Positions 1 through 11,900 of a stretch of 64,000 nt of DNA are shown here, piece by piece. The position numbers were made by a program, and so were the translations under genes. The number at the start of each line of letters is the position of its first letter. Position 1 is the stretch's first letter. The notes under the pieces are model-generated. The model did not search any database and was not told the origin of the DNA. It saw nothing but the letters and a program-made list of their open reading frames with translations. The stretch lies in the NCBI GenBank assembly GCA_000165345.1, contig CM000436.1, positions 800,001 through 864,000 on the forward strand. Direction: 5' to 3'.

Positions 1-1586
1 GAAATGCAACATATTTACAGTTGGCATATCAAAATAATTTACTTTCATGTATTGTTATGCTTTCAGATAGTACAAATAAGAAAGAACTGTTTAAATATTC
101 CGAAAAAGAAGAGGAAATAATGCTTTTATGCAACCTTGCGGCATCCTGCCTTAACAAATGGTATGAGAAGTATTCGAGTGTAAATGATGAATCGATTGAA
201 TTATTAAGTGAGTTTGTAAATAACTACTTTGTAAATTCATCAAATACTGAAAATGATTCCCAAGAAAATGGAATGGGTAATAATGAATTGAACAATTTAA
301 AAAATAATCAAAATGATTTCTTGATATCCGAAGAATCGAATATTTTAAACGGCTTAAAACCTCAAGGCTATACAAGTTTATCTAACCAAGTGTTGGATAA
401 TTCAGATTCTTCATGCTCGTTTGAAATGGAAGTTGATCCAGATTTGTTTGACGTAACTTCTAAAGTGAATGGAAATAGCTCATGCAAAATTGTTTTAAAC
501 CAAGATTCATCAGTTGAGAATAAGTTTATCGAGGAAGGAATTATTGAAACTTGTGATAAGGATATAAATTTAACGGCAATTGAGCCAAAAACTATTAAAA
601 TTGATTGTGTCGAGGACTCAAACATGAGTGAGATTGAAACAATTGAAACAAAGTATAGCTTGTTAAAAGAAAAATACTTGTTTCTTGTTCAAAAAAATGA
701 ATATTTATTATCTAGATTAGAATATTACGAGGATTTTAATTTGCTTTCCAAAAGAATTACAAGAGACAATCAAAGCCTAAAAAAGAATAATTTTGAACTA
801 TTTAGTAATTTACCAAACAATATTGATTTAAGCAGTTCCTTTCTAGAAAATTTTGGCAATCTCATACTAAATAATGATTGGGTTTTATTTGAGGATAACC
901 TCATTCAAATGGGTGTTAAATTTCAATTTTCGGAAAATATTGGTAGTTTTAGTTTGTATTTAGGAAACAAACTCCCGAACAGACTAGAAGATTTCACAAT
1001 AACATTCGACTATTCTTATATACATCCTAGGACTTTATCAATTATAAAGAAAAATGAAATAGAGTATCCAAGTTATGTTTCAGGAAAACAACAAATATGC
1101 CTAATTTTTAACGTAGAATGCAACGATGTATATTTTGGAGTTCCAACAGTGATAGTCAAATTCTTGTTGGCGGATAATACTCCTAAAGTGATAGAAATCC
1201 CATTTCCACTATTGGTGAGCAAATTTTCGTATGAGGAAGAACAATATTCAAATGATTTCATCTCAAATCTCTGGCATTCAGAAGTATATTTAATGTCTCA
1301 AGCGTCTACAGAAATAAATACTAGGTCTTCTATAAATCGAATATCAGATGTAGTAAATAAATGCAAGCTAAACGAATCTTTCTATTTATTGATTGAAAAC
1401 GAAAATAATGAAGAAACAGACAAAATAATTTATTTACATGGAAATGTATTAAACCGCAAAGTAATCATTCAAATTCGTGAGTCCACCCCAAACAGCTATA
1501 TTTTGCGTGTAAGATCAGATTCTGGAATTCTTTCTAATTCGATTCTTTCCATAGTGATATTCCAAATAAAAGATGATACTTTTTAA
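1..1586 (+). CDS. AP-2 complex alpha subunit (alpha-adaptin), C-terminal hinge plus appendage (ear) domain; the 5' part of the gene lies outside the window
   Basis: The frame is open to the window edge with no stop before position 21, and the track M at position 21 is TTG. The low-complexity N/S/E-rich hinge is followed by VLFEDNLIQMGVKFQFSENIGSFSLYLGNKLPNRLEDFT, which resembles the alpha-adaptin appendage sandwich motif VLFENQLLQIGLKSEF...FYGNK. A platform-like C-terminus follows. Confidence 0.5.
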   Translation, partial: NATYLQLAYQNNLLSCIVMLSDSTNKKELFKYSEKEEEIMLLCNLAASCLNKWYEKYSSVNDESIELLSEFVNNYFVNSSNTENDSQENGMGNNELNNLKNNQNDFLISEESNILNGLKPQGYTSLSNQVLDNSDSSCSFEMEVDPDLFDVTSKVNGNSSCKIVLNQDSSVENKFIEEGIIETCDKDINLTAIEPKTIKIDCVEDSNMSEIETIETKYSLLKEKYLFLVQKNEYLLSRLEYYEDFNLLSKRITRDNQSLKKNNFELFSNLPNNIDLSSSFLENFGNLILNNDWVLFEDNLIQMGVKFQFSENIGSFSLYLGNKLPNRLEDFTITFDYSYIHPRTLSIIKKNEIEYPSYVSGKQQICLIFNVECNDVYFGVPTVIVKFLLADNTPKVIEIPFPLLVSKFSYEEEQYSNDFISNLWHSEVYLMSQASTEINTRSSINRISDVVNKCKLNESFYLLIENENNEETDKIIYLHGNVLNRKVIIQIRESTPNSYILRVRSDSGILSNSILSIVIFQIKDDTF

Positions 1587-1817
1587 CTTGACGCTGATAG
1601 ACTGAATACGTTGCGATGCACCCCCCCCCACCTAAAGAGGTGGAATGCGGCGCCACATGTAAATATGTGGCTAATAAGCATGTATTTTAGGATATAATTT
1701 CTGTTAATGCTTCAATAATTCAATCTATTTGATTCATTTTATGAGAGTCTTGTCACAACATAAGTTTGTTAATGTAACTAATTACGTTTATCTCAGGGCT
1801 TTTCTTGTAAAGTAAAT

Positions 1818-3353
1818 ATGCAAGGAAAATGTACTCTTCATGGTTTAAATAGATACAAAACAATTTGCGAAATAGGTGAAGGTGCATTTGGGGTCGTTTT
1901 CAAATGCATGGATCTTGTTACTAACGAAATTGTTGCGCTTAAAGAGTTTAAAACAATCTATTCAGACGAGAACGAAAATTCATATGTTACAAAAAATTCA
2001 GCAAATGGTAAAGTAAATACAAATTTTTCTCATAATAAAATTCTAAGAGAAATTGCAACACTTAGGAGACTATATGGTCAGAAGAATATCATTCAACTAA
2101 AAGATTTTTTTTTACATGAAAACAGATATTATTTATCGTTAGAGTATTTTCCACAGACGCTTCTGCAATATTTAGAAAAAAGTCCCAAAGGGCTACCTAT
2201 AGAAATAATTAGATCAAGTATTTACCAGTTGTTAACAGCATTGAAGAAGTGTCACTCTATGGGAATTATTCATCGTGATGTTAAGCCTGAAAATATTTTA
2301 ATTAAAGAAATTGAGAAAAACATGAACTTGGAACTTAAGCTTTGCGATTTTGGGTTCGCAAGGTTCATTCAACAAAACAAAAGTTATTCAAATCAATTTA
2401 AAGATAGTTTGTCAAAATCAGTGGATAGTTTATGCGTAGCAAGCCGTCCACTTACAAGTTACGTTTCTACGAGATGGTATAGAGCTCCTGAGCTGCTCGT
2501 AAAAAGTACGGAGTATGGGCCTGGAATAGATGTTTGGGCAGTTGGTTGTATAATGGCAGAACTGATTGATGGAGAACCGCTGTTTCCAGGAACAAGCGAT
2601 ATTGATCAACTTTATTTAATAAGAAATACTATAGGAAAATTAGATAGTAAAAGTCAAGGCATTCTCGAATCAGACAAAAGGCTCTACGACGCGTACAAAA
2701 AACATTTTTATAATGGATTTATATCGGGGTCAAATTCAAGATACAACACTGAGTTAAGCCAATCAAGCGCAGTAATTCCTCCATACCAAATAATTTCAAT
2801 CAAAGAGAGGTACGAAAAAAAAGTTGATCTTATAGCGCTTGACTTTTTACAAAAATCTCTAACAATCGATCCGAAGATGCGGCCAGATTGTCAAGAGTTG
2901 TTGTTACATCCGTTTTTCTCCTCAATTAACGGGACTGAAGGCTTTGCTAAATATGAGCTGGAGTGCGCTTCATCTTCACTTTTAAATATTACAGATTCAT
3001 CGTCTAAGTCACTTTCATTGCCAATTTTTTTTGAGTCTTGTCATTCCTCCGCAAAACACGGAGGAAAAAATTATGATTGCGAAGACAATGATGGTGTAAA
3101 TAAGTTCTCGGAGAATTTTGATCAATCTTACGCAAAAAATAAGTGTGTCTTGAACGATGACAAAACCACTGCCCCTTCTACTCCGGACGATAAATCTACT
3201 CCTTTGCCACACAGCGGTATATTTTATAATTCAAAAATTTGGTGCGAAAAAATTTCACTCCCTAAATTTCCACACATTTTGCCACCCCCACCTAAAAATA
3301 TAAACAATTTGAAGAATTTGTCGAATATTGATACGCAAGAAAATATAAAGTAA
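1818..3353 (+). CDS. Serine/threonine protein kinase, CDK-like (CDKL) family
   Basis: The protein carries the glycine loop GEGAFGVV, the VAIK-like lysine motif VALKEF, the catalytic loop HRDVKPENIL, DFGFAR, and an activation segment VSTRWYRAPELL typical of CDKL/MAPK-like CMGC kinases. The C-terminal extension is low-complexity. Confidence 0.8.
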   Translation: MQGKCTLHGLNRYKTICEIGEGAFGVVFKCMDLVTNEIVALKEFKTIYSDENENSYVTKNSANGKVNTNFSHNKILREIATLRRLYGQKNIIQLKDFFLHENRYYLSLEYFPQTLLQYLEKSPKGLPIEIIRSSIYQLLTALKKCHSMGIIHRDVKPENILIKEIEKNMNLELKLCDFGFARFIQQNKSYSNQFKDSLSKSVDSLCVASRPLTSYVSTRWYRAPELLVKSTEYGPGIDVWAVGCIMAELIDGEPLFPGTSDIDQLYLIRNTIGKLDSKSQGILESDKRLYDAYKKHFYNGFISGSNSRYNTELSQSSAVIPPYQIISIKERYEKKVDLIALDFLQKSLTIDPKMRPDCQELLLHPFFSSINGTEGFAKYELECASSSLLNITDSSSKSLSLPIFFESCHSSAKHGGKNYDCEDNDGVNKFSENFDQSYAKNKCVLNDDKTTAPSTPDDKSTPLPHSGIFYNSKIWCEKISLPKFPHILPPPPKNINNLKNLSNIDTQENIK

Positions 3354-3639
3354 TAACGATCCAAAAATAATAATGTAGACAGCCAAAAGGAATTAATTAG
3401 ATTTATATTATAAGCTGATATATATAGAATTTCTAATAATAAATACCACCAACTTGTTATAGTAGCAATCAGTTACTATTAATATTCATTCTCTATATTT
3501 TAGTTATTTTTTTAATTAATTGCGTAATTTGCCCATTCCCGCTGTGAATATTTGTAGTTTTAAATGCTTCTTAATGAGTTTTGAATAAATTACTTATTAA
3601 TGTTAATAGAGGCTGGTAATATTGGCCCTAGCTCTTACT

Positions 3640-6600
3640 ATGTCTAAAATTAGGTTCCAGAAAAGTCAATTATCAATTGAACCAGAACCTCCAAAAGAGA
3701 TAGATGAGGATCATCGCGATTTTTTAATTAAGGAGTCTAAATGGATGTATGGATGTTTCATAGATGAACACAAATGGAAAATAAAATCATTTAAAGCAGT
3801 TGCTCAATGTGCAATTAGATACCTTCAGACCAAAAACCAACGATTAAAAAAACGAAAAGAAGAAGAAGATAAACGTCTAAGGATTGTTTCAAAAAATATT
3901 TCAGTAAACATCAATAAATTCTGGAATAATATTTCTAAGATTGTGAGACATCGAAAGCTAAGCGAATTAAATAAGCTTTTGAGAATCAAGCAATTCGAAA
4001 AACTTGATAAACTTGTATCTGAAACTGAAAAATTTTATTTTGGGACTAATGAGGATTCAGGAAAAAAAACTCAACCAAATGATAAATACTGCAAAATAGA
4101 TTTAAAAAGTAAATCTGATAGTGAAGATGATCTCGAAACAGACAATTGGGACTATATTGAAAAGGTTGACAATAAATTAGATCTAGAAATGGAAAGTTCT
4201 GACTTTGATAGTGATGAAGTTAATGCTGAGTTAGATGAACTGAATAACGATGCAAGCTTAAATTTAGAAGAGTTGTACTTAAAGTATTATGGTAATCCTT
4301 ACGACAAAAAAAATAATTTAAAAAGAGATAAATCAGACCATGCTTATATTGGAGATGCAATAAAACGTAAAAAAAACGACTACTGTGAAGAGTATGTTGA
4401 AACCACTATTAGCAAACATATTGAAGAAGAGTTGGGTACGGAAAAAGAAATGAATGACACAGATAAAAAAAATGATTTTAGTCTGAAAGATGAATTTGAA
4501 ACATTGAGCAATGTTGCAAACACTCCAATTGATAAAGCTATTGCAAACCTAGAAGAAAAAAACAATCCACAAAATTGTTTGGAAACTAATAATGCTCTCG
4601 CAAAAGTTTCAATCGATCAAATTAAAATCCCTTTTCTTCTAAAAAATAATATGAGGGAATACCAAGTTGCTGGACTCGAATGGATGGTCAAATTGTACAA
4701 AAAAGGATTAAATGGAATCCTTGCTGATGAAATGGGTCTTGGAAAGACAATTCAAACTATTTCGCTCCTTGCATATCTTGCTTGCTATATGAAAAATTGG
4801 GGGCCACATTTAATTGTTGTACCTACCAGCGTAATGTTGAATTGGGAAATGGAATTTAAACGATGGCTTCCATGCTTCAAAGTTATCACGTACTTTGGAA
4901 CTCCAAAAGAGAGACAGAAGAAAAGGATTGGATGGAACGATCCTAATGCATTTAATGTATGTATTGCGTCATATACTTTAATTTTACAAGATGCACATAT
5001 ATTTAAAAGGAAACAATGGCAATATTTAATTTTAGATGAGGCTCAAAATATCAAGAACTTTAAGTCTCAAAAATGGCAAGTAATGTTATCATTTAATACT
5101 GAAAGAAGACTTTTGCTTACAGGCACACCATTACAAAATAACTTAATGGAACTTTGGTCATTGCTGCATTTTTTGATGCCTCATATATTCACATCGCATC
5201 ATGACTTTAAAACTTGGTTTTCCGACCCTTTAACGACTGCCATTGAAAATCAGCAGGTTGAAAATGAAAGAAATTTATTAAGTAGACTTCACTCTGTGTT
5301 GAGACCCTTTTTATTAAGAAGATTAAAAAAGGATGTGGAAAAGGAAATGCCATCAAAAATTGAACATGTAATTAAGTGTCCCTTAAGCAAGCGTCAAAAA
5401 GAGCTATATGATGAATTCCTTGAAAGTAAAACAACTCAAAATACTATTGCTGGCGGAGATTATATTGGCTTGATGAATGTATTAATGCAGTTAAGAAAGG
5501 TTTGTAATCATCCTGATCTTTTTGAACCTAGGACAATTAAGACGCCAATTGTTGAAAAAAAACTAATGATAAATTATTCATTTAGCTCGCTAATATTCTT
5601 CCCAAATATATGTATTACAATGTCATCTAATGTGCCTGGACTGGGAAAAAATATCTCGACAAATAATTACCTATATATCGGCAAAAAAACTAATAAGTCG
5701 AAATACACGACTCTGTTTGACAAATTAACTAATCACAGGTTTGTGAATATACCAAATATTTTTATTTTATACAACGAAATCCATATGAGTAAGTTTCAAG
5801 CACAATCACAATGCGAATTAACTTACAAAAAATGGACTGGAATGCAATCCTGTAATTACAACATAGAAAATTCATTGTTCAGCAAACGTACTATAGGAAC
5901 TGAGAATCTGTTGGAAATAAACCGTTTTATAAGAATTGGTCTTGATAGATTAGCTTCTGTTGAATTCAACTCCCCCTTAATAGGAATGGATTCAAAAAGT
6001 ACCGAGTACACAAAAGATGTTAATAAATACATACTTGACCACATTTCTAATAACAAGGTGAAAAATAAATCTAATAGTGTTATTAACTCAACAGAGAGTG
6101 TTTCTTTATTTTATAAAGAGGATAATCGAAAGATTGCATCCGAATGGAGACCTTCGTGTGACTACCCACATTTATTGGATGAATCGGTTCAAATATTTCA
6201 TTCAAATAAAATTAAAAATACCAATTGTGATAGTAAACCATGCATAAAATTTGGTTCACCATTCAATGTTGTTTATGGAAAAGATTGTAGAAATTTTATT
6301 TTTGATCAAATACAAAATAAGTTAAAAATGGTTGGTGAAAAAACATTTTCATTCTCAACTTTTCCTAATTTATTTTCAAATCGAAAAAAATCTTATAAAA
6401 ATACAGCTATATCATATAAGTCAATTGATTACAATACTCTCAATGAAATGAATGCTAAATTAATTAATTTAGAAATGTTTCCAAGCAAATTATTATTTGT
6501 GAAACCTAATTTTCGCAAGCAGCTCCCAATGTTATCACAATTCAACATGATTCTTGAGAGAAAAGTTATTTCAACAAATTTTTCCATTCCTATAGAGGGT

Positions 6601-7755
6601 AAATATTCATTCGTTAAAAATGAGCTTTTTTGCAACTCATATATTTCTTTACAAGTTGATAATTTAATCAATTCTTCAAATGCATATTTACATAATATTT
6701 CCTTCTTTAAAAAGTGTATTGTTCCTCCTAGAAGAATAATTGAGGATGATTGCGGAAAATTCCAAATACTTTCTCGATTATTACATAAACTCTTTAATGA
6801 AGGGCATAGATGTATCATTTTCACGCAGATGAGCAAAATGCTGGATGTTTTAGAATCCTTCATAAACTACCGAGGATACAACTATCTTCGATTAGATGGA
6901 AGCACTAAAGTTGATGACAGACAAAAACTTGTGAATAGATTTAACAGAGATCAACGAATTTATCTATTTATTTCATCAACTAGGTCTGGTGGGGTTGGAT
7001 TGAATTTAACTGGCGCAGATACTGTTATTTTTTATGATTCTGACTGGAACCCAGCAATGGATAGACAAGCAATGGATCGCTGCCATAGAATTGGCCAAAC
7101 AAGAGATGTAAACATATATAGGCTAGTTTCTGAATGGACAATTGAGGAAAGCATTTTTAAAAAGCAGCTCCAAAAGAGATTATTAGATGATGTTGTTGTT
7201 GATCAGGGCCGCTTCACTTCAGAGTTTTTTTCAAAAAACGATATTCAAAAAATGATTGGGTCAAGAAATCAGAATATGCTTAATTCTGATAATAACAGTA
7301 TTTATGTCACAAGGGTACTCCATGAAAGCTCAACTGCCGATTCGAATGCTTCAGCAAATTTTAATGACAACCAAAAGAAAGAATTTGAAGATGTTTTAGC
7401 TGCAGTAGAAGATTTAGATGATATTAATGCGCTGAAGAAATCTTCTAGAGAAATTGCCACAGAGAATGATGATTTTATTAATGAATTTGAAGAAAAAATA
7501 AAGCATAAGGTTGAATCAAACAGAACCCTAGAAAAAGACAATGTTGGTAATTTTAATCAGTATGACATAACTACAAATATCACGCTGAATAACTTACTCA
7601 AATATTGTATTGAATTTTTTGAAAGTGTGTCAGTTCCTCTAGATATTCAAAATGAAGTTGATTTATTAGAATTTCAAATTAATAATATTAATAGTGACAG
7701 CTCAATTGAAAATTCATTATCCGAATATTCGCAGGGTGAATTGCCATACGATTAG
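3640..7755 (+). CDS. SNF2-family chromatin remodelling ATPase of the SWR1/SRCAP (split ATPase) type
   Basis: The N-terminal helicase lobe reads MREYQVAGLEWMVKLYKKGLNGILADEMGLGKTIQTISLLAYLACYMKNWGPHLIVVPTSVMLNWEMEFKRW. DEAQNIKN and LLLTGTPLQNNLMELWSLLHF are present. An insertion of about 500 aa precedes the C-terminal lobe, which contains LVNRFN, LFISSTRSGGVGLNLTGADTVIFYDSDWNP and DRQAMDRCHRIGQTRDV. The first ATG is at 3640; the track start at 3622 is TTG. Confidence 0.85.
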   Translation: MSKIRFQKSQLSIEPEPPKEIDEDHRDFLIKESKWMYGCFIDEHKWKIKSFKAVAQCAIRYLQTKNQRLKKRKEEEDKRLRIVSKNISVNINKFWNNISKIVRHRKLSELNKLLRIKQFEKLDKLVSETEKFYFGTNEDSGKKTQPNDKYCKIDLKSKSDSEDDLETDNWDYIEKVDNKLDLEMESSDFDSDEVNAELDELNNDASLNLEELYLKYYGNPYDKKNNLKRDKSDHAYIGDAIKRKKNDYCEEYVETTISKHIEEELGTEKEMNDTDKKNDFSLKDEFETLSNVANTPIDKAIANLEEKNNPQNCLETNNALAKVSIDQIKIPFLLKNNMREYQVAGLEWMVKLYKKGLNGILADEMGLGKTIQTISLLAYLACYMKNWGPHLIVVPTSVMLNWEMEFKRWLPCFKVITYFGTPKERQKKRIGWNDPNAFNVCIASYTLILQDAHIFKRKQWQYLILDEAQNIKNFKSQKWQVMLSFNTERRLLLTGTPLQNNLMELWSLLHFLMPHIFTSHHDFKTWFSDPLTTAIENQQVENERNLLSRLHSVLRPFLLRRLKKDVEKEMPSKIEHVIKCPLSKRQKELYDEFLESKTTQNTIAGGDYIGLMNVLMQLRKVCNHPDLFEPRTIKTPIVEKKLMINYSFSSLIFFPNICITMSSNVPGLGKNISTNNYLYIGKKTNKSKYTTLFDKLTNHRFVNIPNIFILYNEIHMSKFQAQSQCELTYKKWTGMQSCNYNIENSLFSKRTIGTENLLEINRFIRIGLDRLASVEFNSPLIGMDSKSTEYTKDVNKYILDHISNNKVKNKSNSVINSTESVSLFYKEDNRKIASEWRPSCDYPHLLDESVQIFHSNKIKNTNCDSKPCIKFGSPFNVVYGKDCRNFIFDQIQNKLKMVGEKTFSFSTFPNLFSNRKKSYKNTAISYKSIDYNTLNEMNAKLINLEMFPSKLLFVKPNFRKQLPMLSQFNMILERKVISTNFSIPIEGKYSFVKNELFCNSYISLQVDNLINSSNAYLHNISFFKKCIVPPRRIIEDDCGKFQILSRLLHKLFNEGHRCIIFTQMSKMLDVLESFINYRGYNYLRLDGSTKVDDRQKLVNRFNRDQRIYLFISSTRSGGVGLNLTGADTVIFYDSDWNPAMDRQAMDRCHRIGQTRDVNIYRLVSEWTIEESIFKKQLQKRLLDDVVVDQGRFTSEFFSKNDIQKMIGSRNQNMLNSDNNSIYVTRVLHESSTADSNASANFNDNQKKEFEDVLAAVEDLDDINALKKSSREIATENDDFINEFEEKIKHKVESNRTLEKDNVGNFNQYDITTNITLNNLLKYCIEFFESVSVPLDIQNEVDLLEFQINNINSDSSIENSLSEYSQGELPYD

Positions 7756-7910
7756 CTATTGATTACAGAGATGTTGATTGTAAAAGCAAGATGAATATTA
7801 ATTAATTAAAAAGTTTTATATTACTATATATTTGTTTTTATTGCCATTAATTAGGCGCCTAATCATTCTACACATCTCATTTTTAGTCAAATACAATATT
7901 TTTTTTTTCA

Positions 7911-8615
7911 ATGAATAAACGACCAAGAGAATCTACCCTTTGGAGTGAATACTCATCCATATCTCTCTCAAGTATTGAGATAATTGATTCAGAAGTTAAA
8001 AAGGGGTGCATGGAATTCCGGAAGGACTTGTCTGAGCAGGTTACGATACATTTAAGAGAACGGATTCCATCCAAAATAGTTCAACTAAACAATCGAATGA
8101 AAATTTCTGATAAACCAGGATCAGTTTTATCTTCTGAGGAGTTAAAGCCTGTTAATAACGGTAATGGCAAAGTTTATTCGAATCTGCAGATTAAAGAACT
8201 AGTCGCCTATGTTAAACAGGAAGTTAGTGAGTTAATTGAAATGGTTAGTTCTATAAAATTATGGGTACAACTAAATATTCCCCAAATTCAAGACGGAAAT
8301 AATTTCGGAGTAGGAATACAAGAAGAGACTATCCAGGAGCTTGGTAGAGTTGAAGATGCAACATTTTCATTGTACGAAAGCGTATGTAAGTACTATTCTG
8401 AAAGGGCGAGGCTCTCATCGAAAATAATCAAATATCCCAACGTTGAGGATTATGTGGAAGCAGTCAGAGAATTAGATGAGAGATATTGGGTCTCATTGCG
8501 TTGCTCGATAGCTGATATGAGAAACAACTATGCATGGCTACACGACCTTTTAACTAAAAATTGGGAAAAGCTGAGTAAGCCTCGTAATTCGGAAGGTGCG
8601 AGTATGGTTTATTAG
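7911..8615 (+). CDS. Proteasome activator PA28 (REG/11S) subunit
   Basis: The C-terminal segment KYPNVEDYVEAVRELDERYWVSLRCSIADMRNNYAWLHDLLTKNWEKLSKPRNSEGASMVY matches the conserved PA28 C-terminus (...NAY..L.D...KN.EK...PRG......MIY), including the C-terminal tyrosine used for 20S gate opening. Confidence 0.6.
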   Translation: MNKRPRESTLWSEYSSISLSSIEIIDSEVKKGCMEFRKDLSEQVTIHLRERIPSKIVQLNNRMKISDKPGSVLSSEELKPVNNGNGKVYSNLQIKELVAYVKQEVSELIEMVSSIKLWVQLNIPQIQDGNNFGVGIQEETIQELGRVEDATFSLYESVCKYYSERARLSSKIIKYPNVEDYVEAVRELDERYWVSLRCSIADMRNNYAWLHDLLTKNWEKLSKPRNSEGASMVY

Positions 8616-8913
8616 AACTATTTACAAATAATTCGTGTTTGACGTTTCTGCATTATAATTAGTATTTCAGCATTCCTATATAGGATTTATCTAGATAAAT
8701 TTTTTTCAATTTTTTTAAAAACTTTGTACGCCATTAAGCGTCTTCTGTCGAATTGTGAATTTTATAGTATTTAGCGAGAATAATTATTGCATTCGAAGAC
8801 AAAATAATATTCATAATAAATCACGAATAACTACATAAATATAAGCAATAAACTATTTATTCGATTTCTAACACATACACTGATTCCATTTTTATTATTT
8901 CTTTTTTATAGCA

Positions 8914-11900
8914 ATGGCAACTGATAAATTTAAGTTGTTTGCTGACTTCTTGAAAGACAAACCAAGTTTAAAACACGAAATGCCACTATCTTATAATCCA
9001 TCAGAAGTGGAGTCGCATTGGGACGCTATTTGGTGTGAATCAAAAATATATCTCCCAAATTTTGAAAGGGCAAGCAATCTACCTTTTGAAAATAAATTTG
9101 TTATTGCCCTTCCTCCCCCTAATGTTACGGGAAGGCTTCATTTGGGTCATACACTTACTGCAGCAATTCAAGATAGTTTATGCCGTTATAATAGATTAAT
9201 AGGCAAAGAAGTGCTTTGGATTCCAGGCACAGATCATGCCGGCATAGCAACTCAAACTGTCGTAGAGAGAATTATTCATCAAACAGATAACGTCACTAGA
9301 CATGATTTAGGAAGAGACAATTTTCTTAAAAAAGTTTGGGAGTGGAAAGAAAAACATGGATCTGCTATCTGTTCTCAATTTCGTAGACTTGGATGCTCGC
9401 TGGATTGGTCAAGAGAATTTTTTACCTTGGATGAAAACATGTCTAAAGCAGTGAATAATGCGTTTATTCAATTGTTTAATCAAGGGTATATTTTTAGAAA
9501 AACTAGACTTGTATCTTGGTGTTCATATCTCCGCACAGCCTTATCAGATATAGAGGTTGATCTATTAGAAGTTAACAAGCCTTCAAGAATTAGGATTCCA
9601 GGTTATGAAAAAACTGTCGAAGTTGGAGTTCTATGGCATTTTTCTTATCCATTAGAACAGCATGGCCAAACACATGAATGGCACTTCATGCCAGAAAACA
9701 TTACTAATATTGAAAAAATAACAGTTGCTACAACCAGAATTGAGACTATGTTGGGGGATGTCGCCATTGCAGTAAACCCAAAAGACAATAGATATAAATC
9801 TCTAATAGGGAAATATTGCTTACATCCATTTATCAAGGATCGTAAGATTATTATCATTGCAGATGAACACGTAGATCCAGAATTTGGAACTGGTTGTGTA
9901 AAGATTACCCCTGCCCACGATAAAAACGATTTTGAAATTGCATCTAGATATAATGAAAAGCATAAAAGCGAGCCATTATTTGAAAAACTCAAGTTCATTT
10001 CAGTATTCACTAATGACGGAAATATTGGCCCTGGTTTCGGAATTTTTTCTGGAATACACCGTTTCAAATGCAGAGAATTGGTTGAAAAAGAATTAGAAAA
10101 AATTAAACTACTAGTTGAAAAAACTCCTAATTCAAAAGCAATGCAGATTCCGATTTGCTCAAGGTCAAATGATATAGTTGAATTATTCCTTATTCCCCAA
10201 TGGTGGATGAACTGCAAACCATTTGCTGAAAAGGCATGCAAAGCTGTGAAGAATCATGAACTCCAAATCGAGCCCAAATTTCATGAACAAACATGGTTTT
10301 ATTGGCTGGAAAATATACAAGATTGGTGTATTTCTAGGCAACTTTGGTGGGGGCACAGAATACCTGCATACAAGATTATTTCAAGTAAATTAAATTCAAC
10401 AGAAGAAATTTGGGTCGCTGCCAAAGATGAGGAGACAGCGATTAAAGAAGCAATTCAAAAATATGGTTTAAGTGAATGTGACTTTCATGTTGAGAGAGAT
10501 AGCGATGTTCTTGATACATGGTTTTCATCTGGTTTAATACCATTTTCCCCTCTTGGGTGGCCAGATGAAGTTAACCAAAAAACTAAACTGAATGATCTTT
10601 CCACATTTTTTCCAACAACTCTTTTAGAAACTGGATCAGATATATTATTCTTTTGGGTTGCGCGAATGGTCATGTTGAGTTTTGCTTGTACTGATAAATT
10701 ACCTTTCAAAACTATTTATTTACATGCAATGGTACGCGATTCACAAGGAAGAAAGATGTCAAAATCACTTGGAAATGTAATTGATCCAATTGAGATCATC
10801 GAAGGTATTTCTCTTGATGATTTAAATAAAAAGCTTGATCAAGGAAATCTCCCTCTTCAAGAAATAAAAAAATCAAAGGAGAATAACCTTAAAGACTTCC
10901 CTGATGGAATTCCTGAATGTGGTGCAGATGCGCTTAGAATTGGTCTACTAGCTTACACAAAGCAAGGAAGGAACATTAACCTAGATACAAAACGTGTAGT
11001 TGCATATAGACATTTTTGCAATAAACTATGGAATGCTTGTAAATTTGCATTTGGTAACATTGAAAACGTTGCAAATCATATGAAACAAAACTTCGAAGCG
11101 ATAACGATTAACGAACTATTCTCAAACCATAGTGAAGACTTATTGTGGGAAGATTATTATATTCTTTATCGATTGATGGTCTGCATTAATTGTGTTAAGG
11201 AGTCATTCGATAATTTCTTGTTCTCAGATGTTGTAACAGCAACTTACAATTTTTGGCTTTATGAGCTCTGTGATGTATATCTTGAACTCATTAAGAGTAG
11301 GTTTAAAAATATTGAATCGTCATTTCGATATGCATACACAGCAGCACAAGTTTTATCTATTTGTATTGAGTACGGATTAGTGCTTTTACACCCCTTAACT
11401 CCATTTGTTACAGAAGAACTATATCAAAGATTTAAACAAGTAACACGATCTTCCATAATTAGTTCAATATCAACATCTGAATTCCCACAAATTTTCGTTC
11501 ACAATGGACTTATATCCTCCAGAGATCACGAATTTAAAAAAATGATGAATATTGTTACAAAGATACGCTCATTAACAGCTATACTAGGAATATCAAACAA
11601 AGACAAAATAAATATTAAAGTTCATGTAGTTTACAATGGAACAGATCTCGAATACATAGATCTCATTTCAAACGTTGCAGCCGCATTCGTTACAAAGCTA
11701 TCGCAAATAGGTGGAACAATGGTGCTTCTTAATCCAAGTATAGATGAGATTGATGAATTAAAAAAAAATTGTTTGCTAGACATTGTAGATGAAAAGACTG
11801 TTTATTATTTGAAGCCTCCAGAGTTTGTGGACTTATCTATAGCGCTTAAAAAAATAGAAAAACAAATTGATTCAAATGTTAAATCCCTTGAATCATACAA

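Noticed and set aside
3622-3639. ORF-track start codons at 3622, 21, 20286, 22114, 25442, 27364 and 37525
   Set aside because: These M residues correspond to TTG or GTG in the sequence, because the track allows alternative starts. I moved each start to the first in-frame ATG where one exists, or treated the gene as 5'-partial at position 21.
9645-10241. 198-aa ORF antisense to the ValRS gene, and similar antisense ORFs (6429..6863, 12771..13142, 50470..50841, 40276..40632, 63222..63572)
   Set aside because: These are shadow ORFs lying wholly inside well-supported genes on the opposite strand. They have low-complexity, hydrophobic or random-looking composition and no motifs.
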